A stretch of 63,187 bases of DNA, filler included, from Octopus bimaculoides (lineage: Eukaryota), in NCBI RefSeq assembly GCF_001194135.2. It is 5 parts of 5 records of this genome, joined end to end, with 100 filler letters (N's around TTAATTAATTAA, not from the genome) between each part and the next. Parts side by side here need not be neighbours in the genome. Positions count along the whole stretch, not along the records: positions 1 to 15,308 come from NC_068997.1; 4 more parts are not named here. One strand, given 5' to 3'. Below, piece after piece: positions 1 to 11,712 of the stretch. The translations under genes were made by a program, and so were the position numbers. The notes under the pieces were generated by a model. It searched no databases. It saw only the letters and a list, made by a program, of their open reading frames with translations, and was not told the origin of the DNA. Numbering within the stretch: the first letter of the stretch is position 1; each line of letters begins with the position of its first letter.

Positions 1-16
1 AATAAAACTACTGAAC

Positions 17-53
<37 letters not shown>

Positions 54-120
54 TTAATGGTGATGATGATGATGATGATGATGATGATGTTGATAATAAT
101 AATGACAATAATGATGATTT

Positions 121-162
<42 letters not shown>
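17..162. repeat. Compound microsatellite (AAT)n/(ATG)n/(TG)n
   Basis: Read directly; explains the spurious ORF 57..296. Confidence 0.95.
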
Positions 163-165
<3 letters not shown>

Positions 166-1225
166 CATGTCACTTGATGTATGTCACTGGTATCTTGCTT
201 GTTGTTCAGAAGCAAGAGAACAAAAATTTCTTGACGTGTCTAGAAGTTCAGATTAGCTTTAGTGTTCTGCTCATTATTCATACAATGTGGTTATAGAATA
301 TTTTTTCACCAACGTACTGTTATTCACAGCCGGAAAGCATCTAATCATATATATATGTTTCTGGAGCTTTTACAGATGACCATGTTTGAAGGAGCTCAGG
401 TGTTTGTGCGCTATATTCTTAATTAAGTTTCTGTTAGGCCGATGTCATAAACAATACTATCTTTCGTTTTCAGTTTTAGTGTCCTGATGCTTATATACGA
501 CGCTCTGAGAAACTTAGTGTGAGTACGTATTGAACATATTGCTGCTTTCCACAGGATAAGACAGCTTTTAACCACCCTGTTTATACAAATCATGTGTGTG
601 TATATAGATAGATTGTTTGATATATAGATGTATAAGTATTTTTATGTATGTATATATGTGTGTGAGTGTGAGTGTTTGTGTGTGCGTACGTGTGCATGCG
701 TGCGCGTGTGTGCGAGGGGGTTCGTTCTTAGCGACGAAAGCAGTATGAGTTCAAAATAGTATTTTGTATCTCATACTCAGTGCCGACATATTAGAAGCCT
801 AGAAATTAAGGTATGCCTTTCGAGAAAAAATCTCGAAAATGTATTAAAACACAAAGAAAAAGAAACAAAAAAGAAAAGAGACGAATATATCAGTAACAAA
901 CAGGGAGTATCCAGCAAGGTGGCAACATTATTAAATCCATATTTCTACTACTTTGAACGTCATCAGTAGCAATTACGCACTAGCTGAGACAAATTTAGCC
1001 TCTACTGATATAGAAAAACAACGATTAACAAATCACTAGTGTCTCGATTAGGCAACAGGCTGTATAATTCGTTATTAGTAATGGAAGAATTATGAGTTTA
1101 AAATAATATTTTGTATGTCATATTTAAAGCATTTGTGCTGCAATGTTCATACTTCTGCGTTTTTTAACATATAGGTCTATATGTGATGCTTTCTCGAGAC
1201 AAATACTCCAGTTAACCAGATTGTA

Positions 1226-1228
<3 letters not shown>

Positions 1229-1312
<84 letters not shown>
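1229..1312. repeat. (AT)n(AG)n microsatellite
   Basis: Read directly. Confidence 0.95.
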
Positions 1313-1316
<4 letters not shown>

Positions 1317-1829
1317 CTCTAAATAACGGGAAGTGAATGAGGTCATGAGTTTGTATTGTCTATTAACTGTAAGAACATATTCGTTTATTTTCCAGTTTTA
1401 ATGCCTCGATAAACGGTGCAGTTACTCGTGTTTCGAAAATTTTGTTATATTTACCCTGGTTTGTTCGCTTTGTATTGTGTTGAAGTATTCTATTGTTATG
1501 CAACGAATTATTCTGATTATAGAAGGTGTTGTAGAATAAATCACTTTTATTATGTTTGTCTTTAATAATTGTAAAACGTGTTCTTTGCTGTGTTTATTGA
1601 TTAGGAATAACTGATCGGCCACACGTTTAATAACATTCTTTCTACAAAGTGATTTGAACTAAATCGTACTATACTTCCTGGTGCGTGCTCTTTTTATGCA
1701 GTGGATGAGTTTTATGCTATTGTATATCTAAAATGGCTATAAGCGGATGATTAGTTGTGAAACGGTGCTTTGTCGGATGAGATATTGTTTTTGTGTTTGC
1801 TCCATGGTTTTTGCTCAATAACATTTAGA

Positions 1830-2260
1830 AGGCATTAAGAATCAGTGGATATAAAGAGGTTAGGTGCTGGTCCGTAGGAACCTGAAGCTAGGGACATCAT
1901 TGTATCCAGAAAGATGGTAAATTCTAATTTAATTCTTATTGATATTTTCAGATCGAACTTTTCTAAGGGTTATATATCCCTCCAGATTTTAGAATCATTA
2001 GTTCGTGCTTCTAGACCATTAAGTCATCCTTTGTATCAGGTCTGTAGCTACTAGAAATTGCATGGGGAATTTACTTTTGTCATTCATTAAAATGGCATTT
2101 TTCTGATTCGATTTAGAATGTTGGTGTGTGAATTAGATGGGCTGCAAAATTGTCCCATAGCTGTGAACAGTATTTCAGCGTGAACTTGGCTTTGTAAAGG
2201 TCATTATCTAATGAAAGTGGAAGTATTACCAGTCTTGACAATGTTATATATGTGAGGTTG
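1830..2260 (-). pseudogene. Highly decayed CR1-like LINE ORF2 C-terminal remnant
   Basis: Minus-strand translation near 2155-2200 gives LYKAKFTLKYCSQLWD, matching the LDYCSQLWSP block of the better CR1-like copy at 4235-4888. A weak SFRF.GP-like segment lies near 1870. Many stops; boundaries approximate. Confidence 0.45.
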
Positions 2261-2970
2261 CTACATGAAATCATCACGGATTGTAAGGTCTAGCATTGCA
2301 ATAACTTTAGAGATTCTATATCTGTGCTGTTCATTACTATAGGAGGTTAGATGGCTGATTATTATTATTCTTGTTATTACTGTTGTTTTTGTTTAGCTCT
2401 AGGTCATCTCGTTTAATCAGAACAATAGCCAAAGGCATTCCAACCCTCTTCCTGTCTTTAAATAACTAAGATTACAACTTCCAGTTTCTTCTTGTCTTTT
2501 TTTTTTTATTTTTTTATATATATATGCATCTATGGAGATTTTGCTTTATTGAAAAGGCAACGTGTTTAGTTGTGCGCAAGATGCACTGAGCAAAGTATTT
2601 AGTGCGTAGTCAACACCGTGAAAGCACAAAGATATTTAAAATACTGGGGTGTGAATTGGTGAGGTACGGATAAGACGGGGAATTGCACGGATTGAAGCGT
2701 TGTACAGGTGTTTATAGAAATGAGGTGTGATATAACTTTAGCAAAGGAACAAAAGCGACTGATCTTTGGCGATTAATGTAACGGCTTTTCTTGGGATGTG
2801 AAAACTGTCAACTGTACTCTGCTCTAGAGAACATTTTCTTCATAAATAGCAGCAGCTCCAGATTGTAGTATTTTTTGGTCTAAAATGGAATTCAGAATAT
2901 GAGGCTGAGATCAATGGATGTCAGAAATGTTTATGAGGACCAATTGTAGGGGGTACTGTGCGCATATATA

Positions 2971-3676
2971 TAAAGTGTAGTATATTGCCACTTAAGTGTG
3001 GCTGACCACTAGGGGTGGATGTTACTGTTGCTTTTAGCCCCAGGAGGACATCTCCTCCAGCTGGCTTATCGACACACTACTGTGTCCTGTTTGCCAAGGG
3101 AAGTTATCCCTCCCATCATGATCTGTAGCACGAACGGACCCGGGTTTCAGGGTTATTTCCCTTCGTCGGGAGGGATAACTTCCCTTAGCAAACAGGACAC
3201 AGTAGTGTGTCGATTAGCCAGCTGGAGGAGATGTCCTCCTGGGGCTAAAAGCAACAGTAACATCCACCCCTNNNNNNNNNNNNNNNNNNNNNNNNNNNNN
3301 NNNNNNNNNNNNNNNNNNNNNNNNNNNNNNNNNNNNNNNNNNNNNNNNNNNNNNNNNNNNNNNNNNNNNNNNNNNNNNNNNNNNNNNNNNNNNNNNNNNN
3401 NNNNNNNNNNNNNNNNNNNNNNNNNNNNNNNNNNNNNNNNNNNNNNNNNNNNNNNNNNNNNNNNNNNNNNNNNNNNNNNNNNNNNNNNNNNNNNNNNNNN
3501 NNNNNNNNNNNNNNNNNNNNNNNNNNNNNNNNNNNNNNNNNNNNNNNNNNNNNNNNNNNNNNNNNNNNNNNNNNNNNNNNNNNNNNNNNNNNNNNNNNNN
3601 NNNNNNNNNNNNNNNNNNNNNNNNNNNNNNNNNNNTAGGGGTCAGCCACACTTAAGTGGCAATATACTACACTTTA
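2971..3676. mobile_element. Foldback MITE with ~142-bp terminal inverted arms, TA-flanked
   Basis: 2973-3114 is the near-perfect reverse complement of 3168-3271 plus 3636-3674; 53-bp loop; TA at 2971-2972 and 3675-3676; an N gap interrupts the right arm. Confidence 0.85.
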
Positions 3677-3715
3677 TCGTGCAGTTACTGTTAATACTTC
3701 ATTTAGAGAATTAAC

Positions 3716-3753
<38 letters not shown>

Positions 3754-3754
<1 letters not shown>

Positions 3755-3919
3755 TTATATTAACTTATGATTATATAATATAATTATATTAAAGGTTGCG
3801 GATAAACCCCACCAACACGCTAGAAATAGATGGCAAATGGCTCTAAAAATCACATATATACTCATATACTCCGTTAGCACAGGTTGTAAGCGGGAAGATG
3901 AAAGAAACGAATAAGATTC
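3754..3919 (+). repeat. Left arm of ~160-bp inverted repeat (partner 4901-5058)
   Basis: CCACCAACACGCTAGAAATAGA...CTCCGTTAGCACAGGTTG matches the reverse complement of 4901-5058. Confidence 0.85.
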
Positions 3920-4234
3920 TTTTTTAATTCTTAATTGTAGATCGATTTCTGGCTTAGGGTTGTAAAACTCCCTGCTCTCTTCAGTACAAAATGCCAAAGT
4001 ATATAGATGCAAATATTTATACATACCCATACGAACAGCATTTCCGCGGGACTATATACATACGTTTACATTTATACAATAGTAAAAATCTAATTTTTTT
4101 CTCGACCACGTGCTTTTATTATCAAAATAATCTCGCAGTGAATGCAATTTGATCAGGAAAAAAAAGTATGTATTTTATACAAAATGATTTTAATCAAGTG
4201 ACCTGCATGGAATAAAAACCTTTTAGGTGACAAT

Positions 4235-4888
4235 TTATATTAATCTCACGTGGTTGAGATGAGAAAAAATTAGATTTTCACTAGAGTATGAATCCAGTTT
4301 TGATTTGAAGACACCTACATCCACATCATGCAGGTCTCTCAGGCATTTTGGAAGGATATTGAGGAGCTTTGGCACTATGCAGTGGTGCATCGTTCTGCTA
4401 TTTGTGTAACTTCCAATGCCAAGTTTGGTACAAGGCTTTCCAGAATTATCTAGATGTATATCACTGCATATATTTGCCACCTTCGTTCTAGGGAGAAGAG
4501 TTTTAACCCTTTCAGACATTCCCAGTACCTGACATGTTACACTGAGACAATTTTCTTTGGGTAGTTTCGTTGGATTGCTTCGAGTTCCGCCGTTAATTTC
4601 ATATTGTGTGGTGACCATAGTTGGGAGCAGTAGTCCAAGCAGCTGCGGATGTATGCCCTCCAAAGAACCATCATAGTTTCCTTTTCTTTCGTTTTGAAAT
4701 TGTGGAGGATCCCTCCATCTAGCCGTCTACATTTTACTACCAAATTAGTAATATGCACATGAAAAGACGCATCATTGCTCATGTCAATGCCCAGGTCACG
4801 CACTGATTTTGATTCAGGAACTGCAATTCCTCCCGGGCCAGTGTATCCTGCCTGCATGTCATTCAGTTTTGTGTGCTGGTAACGCCAT
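4235..4888 (-). pseudogene. 5'-truncated CR1-like LINE, ORF2 C-terminal part with frameshifts
   Basis: ORF 4537..4857 has VRDLGIDMSNDASFHVHI...RAYIRSCLDYCSQLWSP...LEAIQR; ORF 4235..4663 ends LNILPKCLRDLHDVDVGVFKSKLD; both are typical of CR1-clade post-RT regions. Confidence 0.85.
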
Positions 4889-4900
4889 CTTTTTTTTTTA

Positions 4901-5058
4901 AATCTTATTTGTTTCTTTTCATCTACCCGCTTGCAACCTGTGCTAACGGAGTATAGATATGGTTTTTAGAGCCATTTGGCGTCTATTTCTAGCGTGTTGG
5001 TGGGGTTGATCCGCACTCTTTAATATAATTATATTATGTAATTATAAATTAATATAAA
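4901..5058 (-). repeat. Right arm of ~160-bp inverted repeat (partner 3754-3919)
   Basis: Manual alignment to the reverse complement of the left arm. Confidence 0.85.
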
Positions 5059-5221
5059 TTGTTACCTACAAAGTTTTTATTTTGCGCTGGCCACTTGATA
5101 AAATCGTTAAAGTGGTTTTAGCCTTAATTTTTTATAAAATATATATACTTATGTATGTGTATGTATATGAATGTATGTATAAATATGTATGTGCGTGTAT
5201 GTATGTGTGTGCGTGTGTGCC

Positions 5222-5256
<35 letters not shown>

Positions 5257-6493
5257 CCATATCGTTGGTCTTCATTGAGATTTTACTGCCAAGATCTTAC
5301 AGCAGGATGTTCCAAATCAGAAATAGCAATTCCTAAGAAAGTAAGCTCAGAGATATTCCATTCTAAAGGCTTCATATCTCATCGTATTTTTATATGAAAG
5401 CGTTTTCTCAATGAAATAAGGGTGAAATGCTTGACCAGGTCTACTAATACAAAACTGCATTTCTATAGTTTATCTATAGCTAATCTCTGCTATGCGCACG
5501 TAGAGTAATCAATAGTAAACATCAATAATGAAGCAGACAGTCAATGAACTAATAATCTTCTTGTGGCCATAAAATATATTTAAACGAAGAAAAGATATAT
5601 GAAAACAGACTGTTTCATGAAACAAAATTTTGAATATTTTCTGCCAGTGTTTCATTGTCATTACAAAACAAACCATAGAGGACATCACTCATCAAGATGA
5701 CCTCTAACATATAGCAATATAACCTTCTTATAGAAAAAAGTTTCTGTTAAACAAGGACAGACACTACGAAGCCGTATAAATGCCAATAATATGAAATAAT
5801 ACAGAAATATAACAACTACATCTAAATATGAGAACATAACTGACATAAAAGTGATTTCACATATATCTCGAATAAACATAATAGTGCCTGTGGGCAAATA
5901 ATATTACATACACAAATGTTATCTAGATTTTGGACTGACATTTCTATCCTCTTTGGCTGGTAATTTCAACAAATCTTTCATGGTCGACAGAAAACACCTT
6001 TAAAAGATGTTTGCGTTTCAAACTGAATGCTTTGTTAAAGATAGAAAATGTTTTTGTTTTTTTTTAAGTAATGTCTTCATATAAGTACATGGAACCGCTG
6101 TGTGAACGAATAGAAAGTGCCACCCAAAGCATTACTGCAGATAATGCTATATCAATGCAGCAAGTCTGTCTTTTAGCATTCGATTGCACCATCTAATTCA
6201 CTTCACGTCTTTCTGATATTGAAAGTAGCTGCCCCAGACTTTTCAGATAAATGATGTGAAAGAACACCAAATAGAGCTTTCTTATTATCTACTCTCGCAT
6301 ATCAAATATATTCTATTCGGTTTGCTTTTTTTAGTGGCAGCAGAGCAGGGTATGCATTTATAACATTTTCGTCGTTGTGCAGTTTCAATTATTCCCGATT
6401 AGAAATTTAAATATAAATTCAATAACATATACGTTTGTGTGTACGTTGTTAGTTGTTGCTGTTGTTGTTGTTATTGCCCGAAATGCATCTAGC

Positions 6494-6831
<338 letters not shown>

Positions 6832-7253
6832 ACCAGAAAATAGGTTTATCATAAAAATTTGCTTTTTAAACAATGACTTGCTTCCAACCAAAGTTAGAGT
6901 TGACCAACTATAAGGTAAACTATAAGGTAACAAAAAAAAAAAAGAAAATAAGATCAATAAATGAATAAATAAACAAACAAAGAGAATAAAAAGTATGCTC
7001 TAACCAGCTGGAATTTCACGCACTGCTGATATCGAAAGGCAGCAACATTATCCAAGACCATTGACATGGCATCAACATACACATATATACACTTCATATA
7101 TTCACAAGCACATTCATGCACATAGATTCACATAAACACGCGTACGTACGCGCGCACACACACACACACACAACATGTCTCTTATATCGAAATAGTAATT
7201 TTATAGATTGTAGATCATCAATATTTTAAGTGATTATACTGTTATTTATTTGA

Positions 7254-7358
7254 ATTCAAATTCCGTCGGCGTCAACTTGACCTTTAATCCTTTCGGTATT
7301 GATAAAATAAGTACCAATTGAGCATTGAGGTCGATGTAATCGATTTAACCCCTCCCCA
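7254..7358 (+). mobile_element. SINE family A fragment
   Basis: TTCAAATTCCG...CCTTTAATCCTTTCGG...GATAAAATAAGTACCA matches the complete copies at 11505 and 43005. Confidence 0.7.
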
Positions 7359-7664
7359 TTGACAGTTGAAGAGAGAGATGTAATTTAATAAAATAAAATT
7401 CAAAATAGTGTAGGGGAAATAGATCTACAAGTAAACTCAATGGGTTACACTCCAGAATCAACCAGTTGTATTATTAGCGCAGTAGAGTACACACTGATAG
7501 CTTAATTACTAGTGTAAATATAAGGAAAGCACACAAACATTTCATGTCCTTAATGCAAGCCATATGCGTTGGGGGTTGGTAAACTTTGGGGATCGCAGTA
7601 TTTTCCAACTAACTGTTACCCATACACCAACATCAAACCACGACACCGCGTGACCTTCAAATTT

Positions 7665-7800
7665 AAAGAAAGCAAAAGACGGAGACAGGTAAGGAAACAA
7701 CGTGCAGGTGTCTTAATTTGACGCTCGGAAAGAATTGGAAATTCCTTGACGTTTCGAGCCAACGCTCTTGTTACAGAAAGGATTGAGATGAAAAAAAAAG
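7665..7800 (-). mobile_element. Interspersed repeat family E, copy 1 (hammerhead-like motif on minus strand)
   Basis: Homologous to 27405-27545 (AAAGCAAAAGACG...TTGACGTTTCGAGCC..CGCTCTT). Confidence 0.65.
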
Positions 7801-9023
7801 GGGGGAGAGAACGAACAAAAACGGAGAGAGAAAAATGTGTAAGGGTTAACGTTTCATTTATAAATATATGCACATATACATATTATCTTTTGTTTTTTCC
7901 GATCATTAAACTGCGACCATGCTGAAATACAGCCTTGAACGGTTTTAGTCGAACAAATAGACTCCAGAGCTTACTTTTTTAAGCCTGAACTCTTTTGATC
8001 GATATCTTTTGTTGAATCTCTAAGNNNNNNNNNNNNNNNNNNNNNNNNNNNNNNNNNNNNNNNNNNNNNNNNNNNNNNNNNNNNNNNNNNNNNNNNNNNN
8101 NNNNNNNNNNNNNNNNNNNNNNNNNNNNNNNNNNNNNNNNNNNNNNNNNNNNNNNNNNNNNNNNNNNNNNNNNTATATATATATATATATATATATATGA
8201 ACCCGTATATGAATCCATAAGAAATCCGTTCACTGTATTTTATCATGGAGGAAAGTGTTTCCGCTGTAGACAAATAGGTGAAAAACGACTCAACTCACAG
8301 CACTCCCCAACCATACTGTGGGATGCATGCAATTTGGGCTGGTCATGTCCTCTTCAGCCACAGAAACCGGAAAGACTGTGAACTGACATGGGAGTCAAGT
8401 CCCTCTTATAATATTCCAGTCACAGTTCATTGACTGGTTCAATTCAGCAGCTTATCGTTAATGCAATAGTGGGTGACAGCGCTAAGCAGAGACCTGTCTC
8501 TCGTGACTTATTAATTAAACATTTCAAGAAGTGGAACATTTCATTAAATATGAGAAATTAAGATAGATCAGTAGTTATGAAATGACACTTGAATGATCTG
8601 TTAAAATCTTAAACAGAAAATTTACCAGCCAACATGATTTATAGATAAAAAAAAAGCGTACGTTCTGTGAAACGATTATCAGTACATTTACGGCCAACTT
8701 TAACCAATATTTTCCCTGAAAACCACGAGAAGTTTATATGTATAACATCAGACAACTTTGATAAATGTTAAGACTTATAGACTTTAATTATTTTGGTGGA
8801 ATGTTTAACTAAAATTATCTAAATTTACAATATAAAGTGAAATTAGCATATTACTAAGATAGGAGACACGTGAGTTGCTCGAGTTACTTGATAACACCTA
8901 AGCCAGGGCGAATTTCAAGCTGGTTTTTGCATGGATCATGTAGTCGGAGAAAAAAATTCGCAGTCATACACATGCATATATACATACATACACACATTTA
9001 CACATTCATGTATGCATGCATGC

Positions 9024-9074
9024 ATACATACATACATACATACATACATACATACATACATACATACATACATA
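9024..9074. repeat. (TACA)n microsatellite at the 5' junction of the R4/Dong-like LINE
   Basis: Read directly. Confidence 0.95.
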
Positions 9075-10115
9075 AGCTTCTTTTAACTACAAAGTGTCGC
9101 AGTGCATCCCTTGACCAAATTTGCATACTCGAGGCTGATAACATCATAAGTATTGGAAGACAACCTTTGTCTGATAACCTTAAATACAAACCCAAAGAAG
9201 TTGCACGACTCTACCGCAACGTATCATCAGATGAAAGGATGGGCCTTTATGAGCAGAAGACTCTGCATGGGTATGTTAGTAGAAAGCTCCGAAATGATAG
9301 TAACATTGTTCATCAAAGCAGTCTATCATAGGTCAATAGCCGGATTACTACCACCCACTTTGAAGTGTATGCATTTTCAATCTAGGAACAGGAGATATCA
9401 ACCAAGTACCTGATGCACAAAAGGGATAGAGATGAAGGAATAGCAGTAAAATGTGACAACCGATGCAGACTTTGTGGAGTTCACACTGAAGATATCACCC
9501 ACATCATAAGCAGTTGTCCGAAAATGTAATCACGGTATCTGCCGATGAGACATGATGTTATAGCTAGGACACTCTATAATGAAATCCATCGAAGGATAAT
9601 CCCGAGGAGAAAGAAATAAGAATCCACAATTTAGAAGCCCTACCCACTCATAATAAAAAGGAATACTGGTGGAATGTACCAGTGAAGACCTCAATAAAAT
9701 GTAAGCACAACAGATCTGATATAATGATTTGAGATAGAGAAAAGAAACTGTGCAGAGTTGTGGAAATTAGCTTTCCAGCGGATTTTAACATAAAGCTGAA
9801 GATCAGTGAGAAAGAGAACACCTATGCTGAACTATTGAGAAATCTGTAGTTAACTCTATCCAGATTACAAGTTCAGGTTTATACCTGTAATTAATGGAGC
9901 CCTGGTATATGTAAAACACTGCCTAAATACCAATCTAGAGAAATTAAGCTTCTCAAAACCAGAAAGGAGAAAACTAATTCAAGGGCTACAGATCCAATCC
10001 ATCACTAGAACTGTAAAAATCTATAAAACTTTCCAGAAATTTATCATTTAAATATATGTGAGCATGTCTAGATATGCAACTATAAGTATGAGAATATATA
10101 ACCATACAATTCTGC
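9075..10115 (+). pseudogene. 5'-truncated R4/Dong-like (RLE-endonuclease) non-LTR retrotransposon 3' end
   Basis: Translation gives CCHC knuckle CRLCGVHTEDITHIISSC, RHD motif (MRHDVIAR), HNRSDIMI...VVEIS (PD-D/ExK-like), EKENTY, PVINGAL; stop at 10049-10051; in-frame stops and frameshifts present. Confidence 0.88.
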
Positions 10116-10175
10116 ACATACATACATACATACATACATACATACATACATACATACATACATACATACATACAT
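10116..10175. repeat. (TACA)n microsatellite at the 3' junction of the R4/Dong-like LINE
   Basis: Read directly. Confidence 0.95.
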
Positions 10176-11504
10176 ACACATTCATCAACACATAACTAAA
10201 TATGAATTTATTTATCATAATATTAATATTGCGGTATGAAATCTTTCGCGTTAAGGGCAGTGATCGAAAGTGAGAGTGATCATTGTGTTGAATGTTGTGA
10301 CATTAATAATGCTAAAACTAGATGCAGGAAAAGTGAGGGACGAAGCTCTCTTTTCTCTCCAGTTCTAAACTATCAACGTTCTATGAAGGAAAAGAAAAGA
10401 ACAAATTTAAAGAATTTCCTCCAGACTAATCATTGCTATCTTTAATGAAATGTCTCACTTCATTAAATGCTTAATTAATTAGTCACAAGTTATATCATGG
10501 CGACGATTTCTTAAAATAATGAAATGAGCCGACACATAATTACCACCGACGAGAAATTGTAAAAGCTTAGTTATAAACAAAAAATATTGAATATGTGAGT
10601 TCTATGCATCTTTATTCTTATAATTCCTTAATTTCAAATTCGAACTTCTAATCTCACCAAATATTATGAAGAAATGATTATCTGCCTTGTAATACTTGTG
10701 GCCTCTGGGAGGATCACAGGAGATTAAAATATGAGCTAATGTAGGGAGGTGGTAGTGTTCATGGCATTAACTGACAGTAAAAAACGTGAACGTCGGCGTG
10801 TTATCACATAAGTACATGCGCACATACGCATACGTTTGTATATGTGTGTCTGGGTGTGTGTGTGTGATAGTGTACATGCATGTGTGTGTGTAAAATAGTG
10901 AGAATTGTAATAATTTGTGTAACGATGATGAAGATAGGGCGTAGGTGAATAACAGTTGAGTTGGTGGTTGTACACAATCGTAGTCAGGATTTGATGACGC
11001 AGTATCTACTTTTTGAGTTCAAACATTTTTGAAGTCAGTTTCAGTCCTTCTTTTCGAAAGCTATAACAAATAGAAGGATTAATGGTTGTCTTCTTCTGTA
11101 ATAATCCTTAATCACGTTTTTGTTGCTTCAACTATGCCATTATTGTTGTTGTTGCTGTTGTTCACATTCACAGCATGTTTTATTAACGGCGGAAAATAAA
11201 CACTTCAGACCTGATCCAGAATTGAGAATAATAATTGAACTATTGTCCAATAGCTATTTTTTTTTTCTAATTTTAATCTAATTGGTATTCAATTTTTATT
11301 TCCAAGGTAGCATAGTTCTTGAAAATCTTAAAAGTTAAAAGTTGTATTTTCGAGTCTAAATCTTTTTACTTCGACATTTGGAGACGATATTAATATTTCC
11401 ATCGCCTTAAGCTAACAATACAATGGATTATAAAAGACAGATTTAGTCATTAAGTATCATTACACATTATTAAATAATCTTAAGCATTATTTGAAATGTT
11501 AAAA

Positions 11505-11712
11505 GGCGACGAGCTGGCAGAAGCGTTAGCACGCCGGGTGAAATGCTCAGCGGTATTTCGTCTGTCTTTACGTTCTGAGTTCAAATTCCGCCATGGTCGA
11601 CTTTGCCTTTCATCCTTTCGGAGATCGATAAATTAAGTACCAGTTGCGTACTGGGGTCAATCTAATCGACTGCCCCCCTCTCCCAAAATTTCGGGCCTTG
11701 TGCCTAGAGTAA
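11505..11712 (+). mobile_element. Full-length tRNA-derived SINE family A with 17-bp TSD
   Basis: Head GGCGACGAGCTGGCAGAAGCGTTAGC, B-box-like GAGTTCAAATTCC, core CTTTGCCTTTCATCCTTTCGG..GATAAATTAAGTACCAG; TSD ATTATTTGAAATGTTAA (11486-11502) / ATTATTTGAAAAGTTAA (11719-11735). Confidence 0.9.

Noticed and set aside
940-975. Minus-strand CTGATGA...GAAA
   Set aside because: Helix II and helix I do not pair; not a credible hammerhead
5950-6200. AGNFN motif suggesting an APE-like endonuclease remnant
   Set aside because: Single short motif, no supporting blocks
8325-8400. WAGHV peptide reminiscent of RTE-clade C-termini
   Set aside because: Five residues only; flanks do not align
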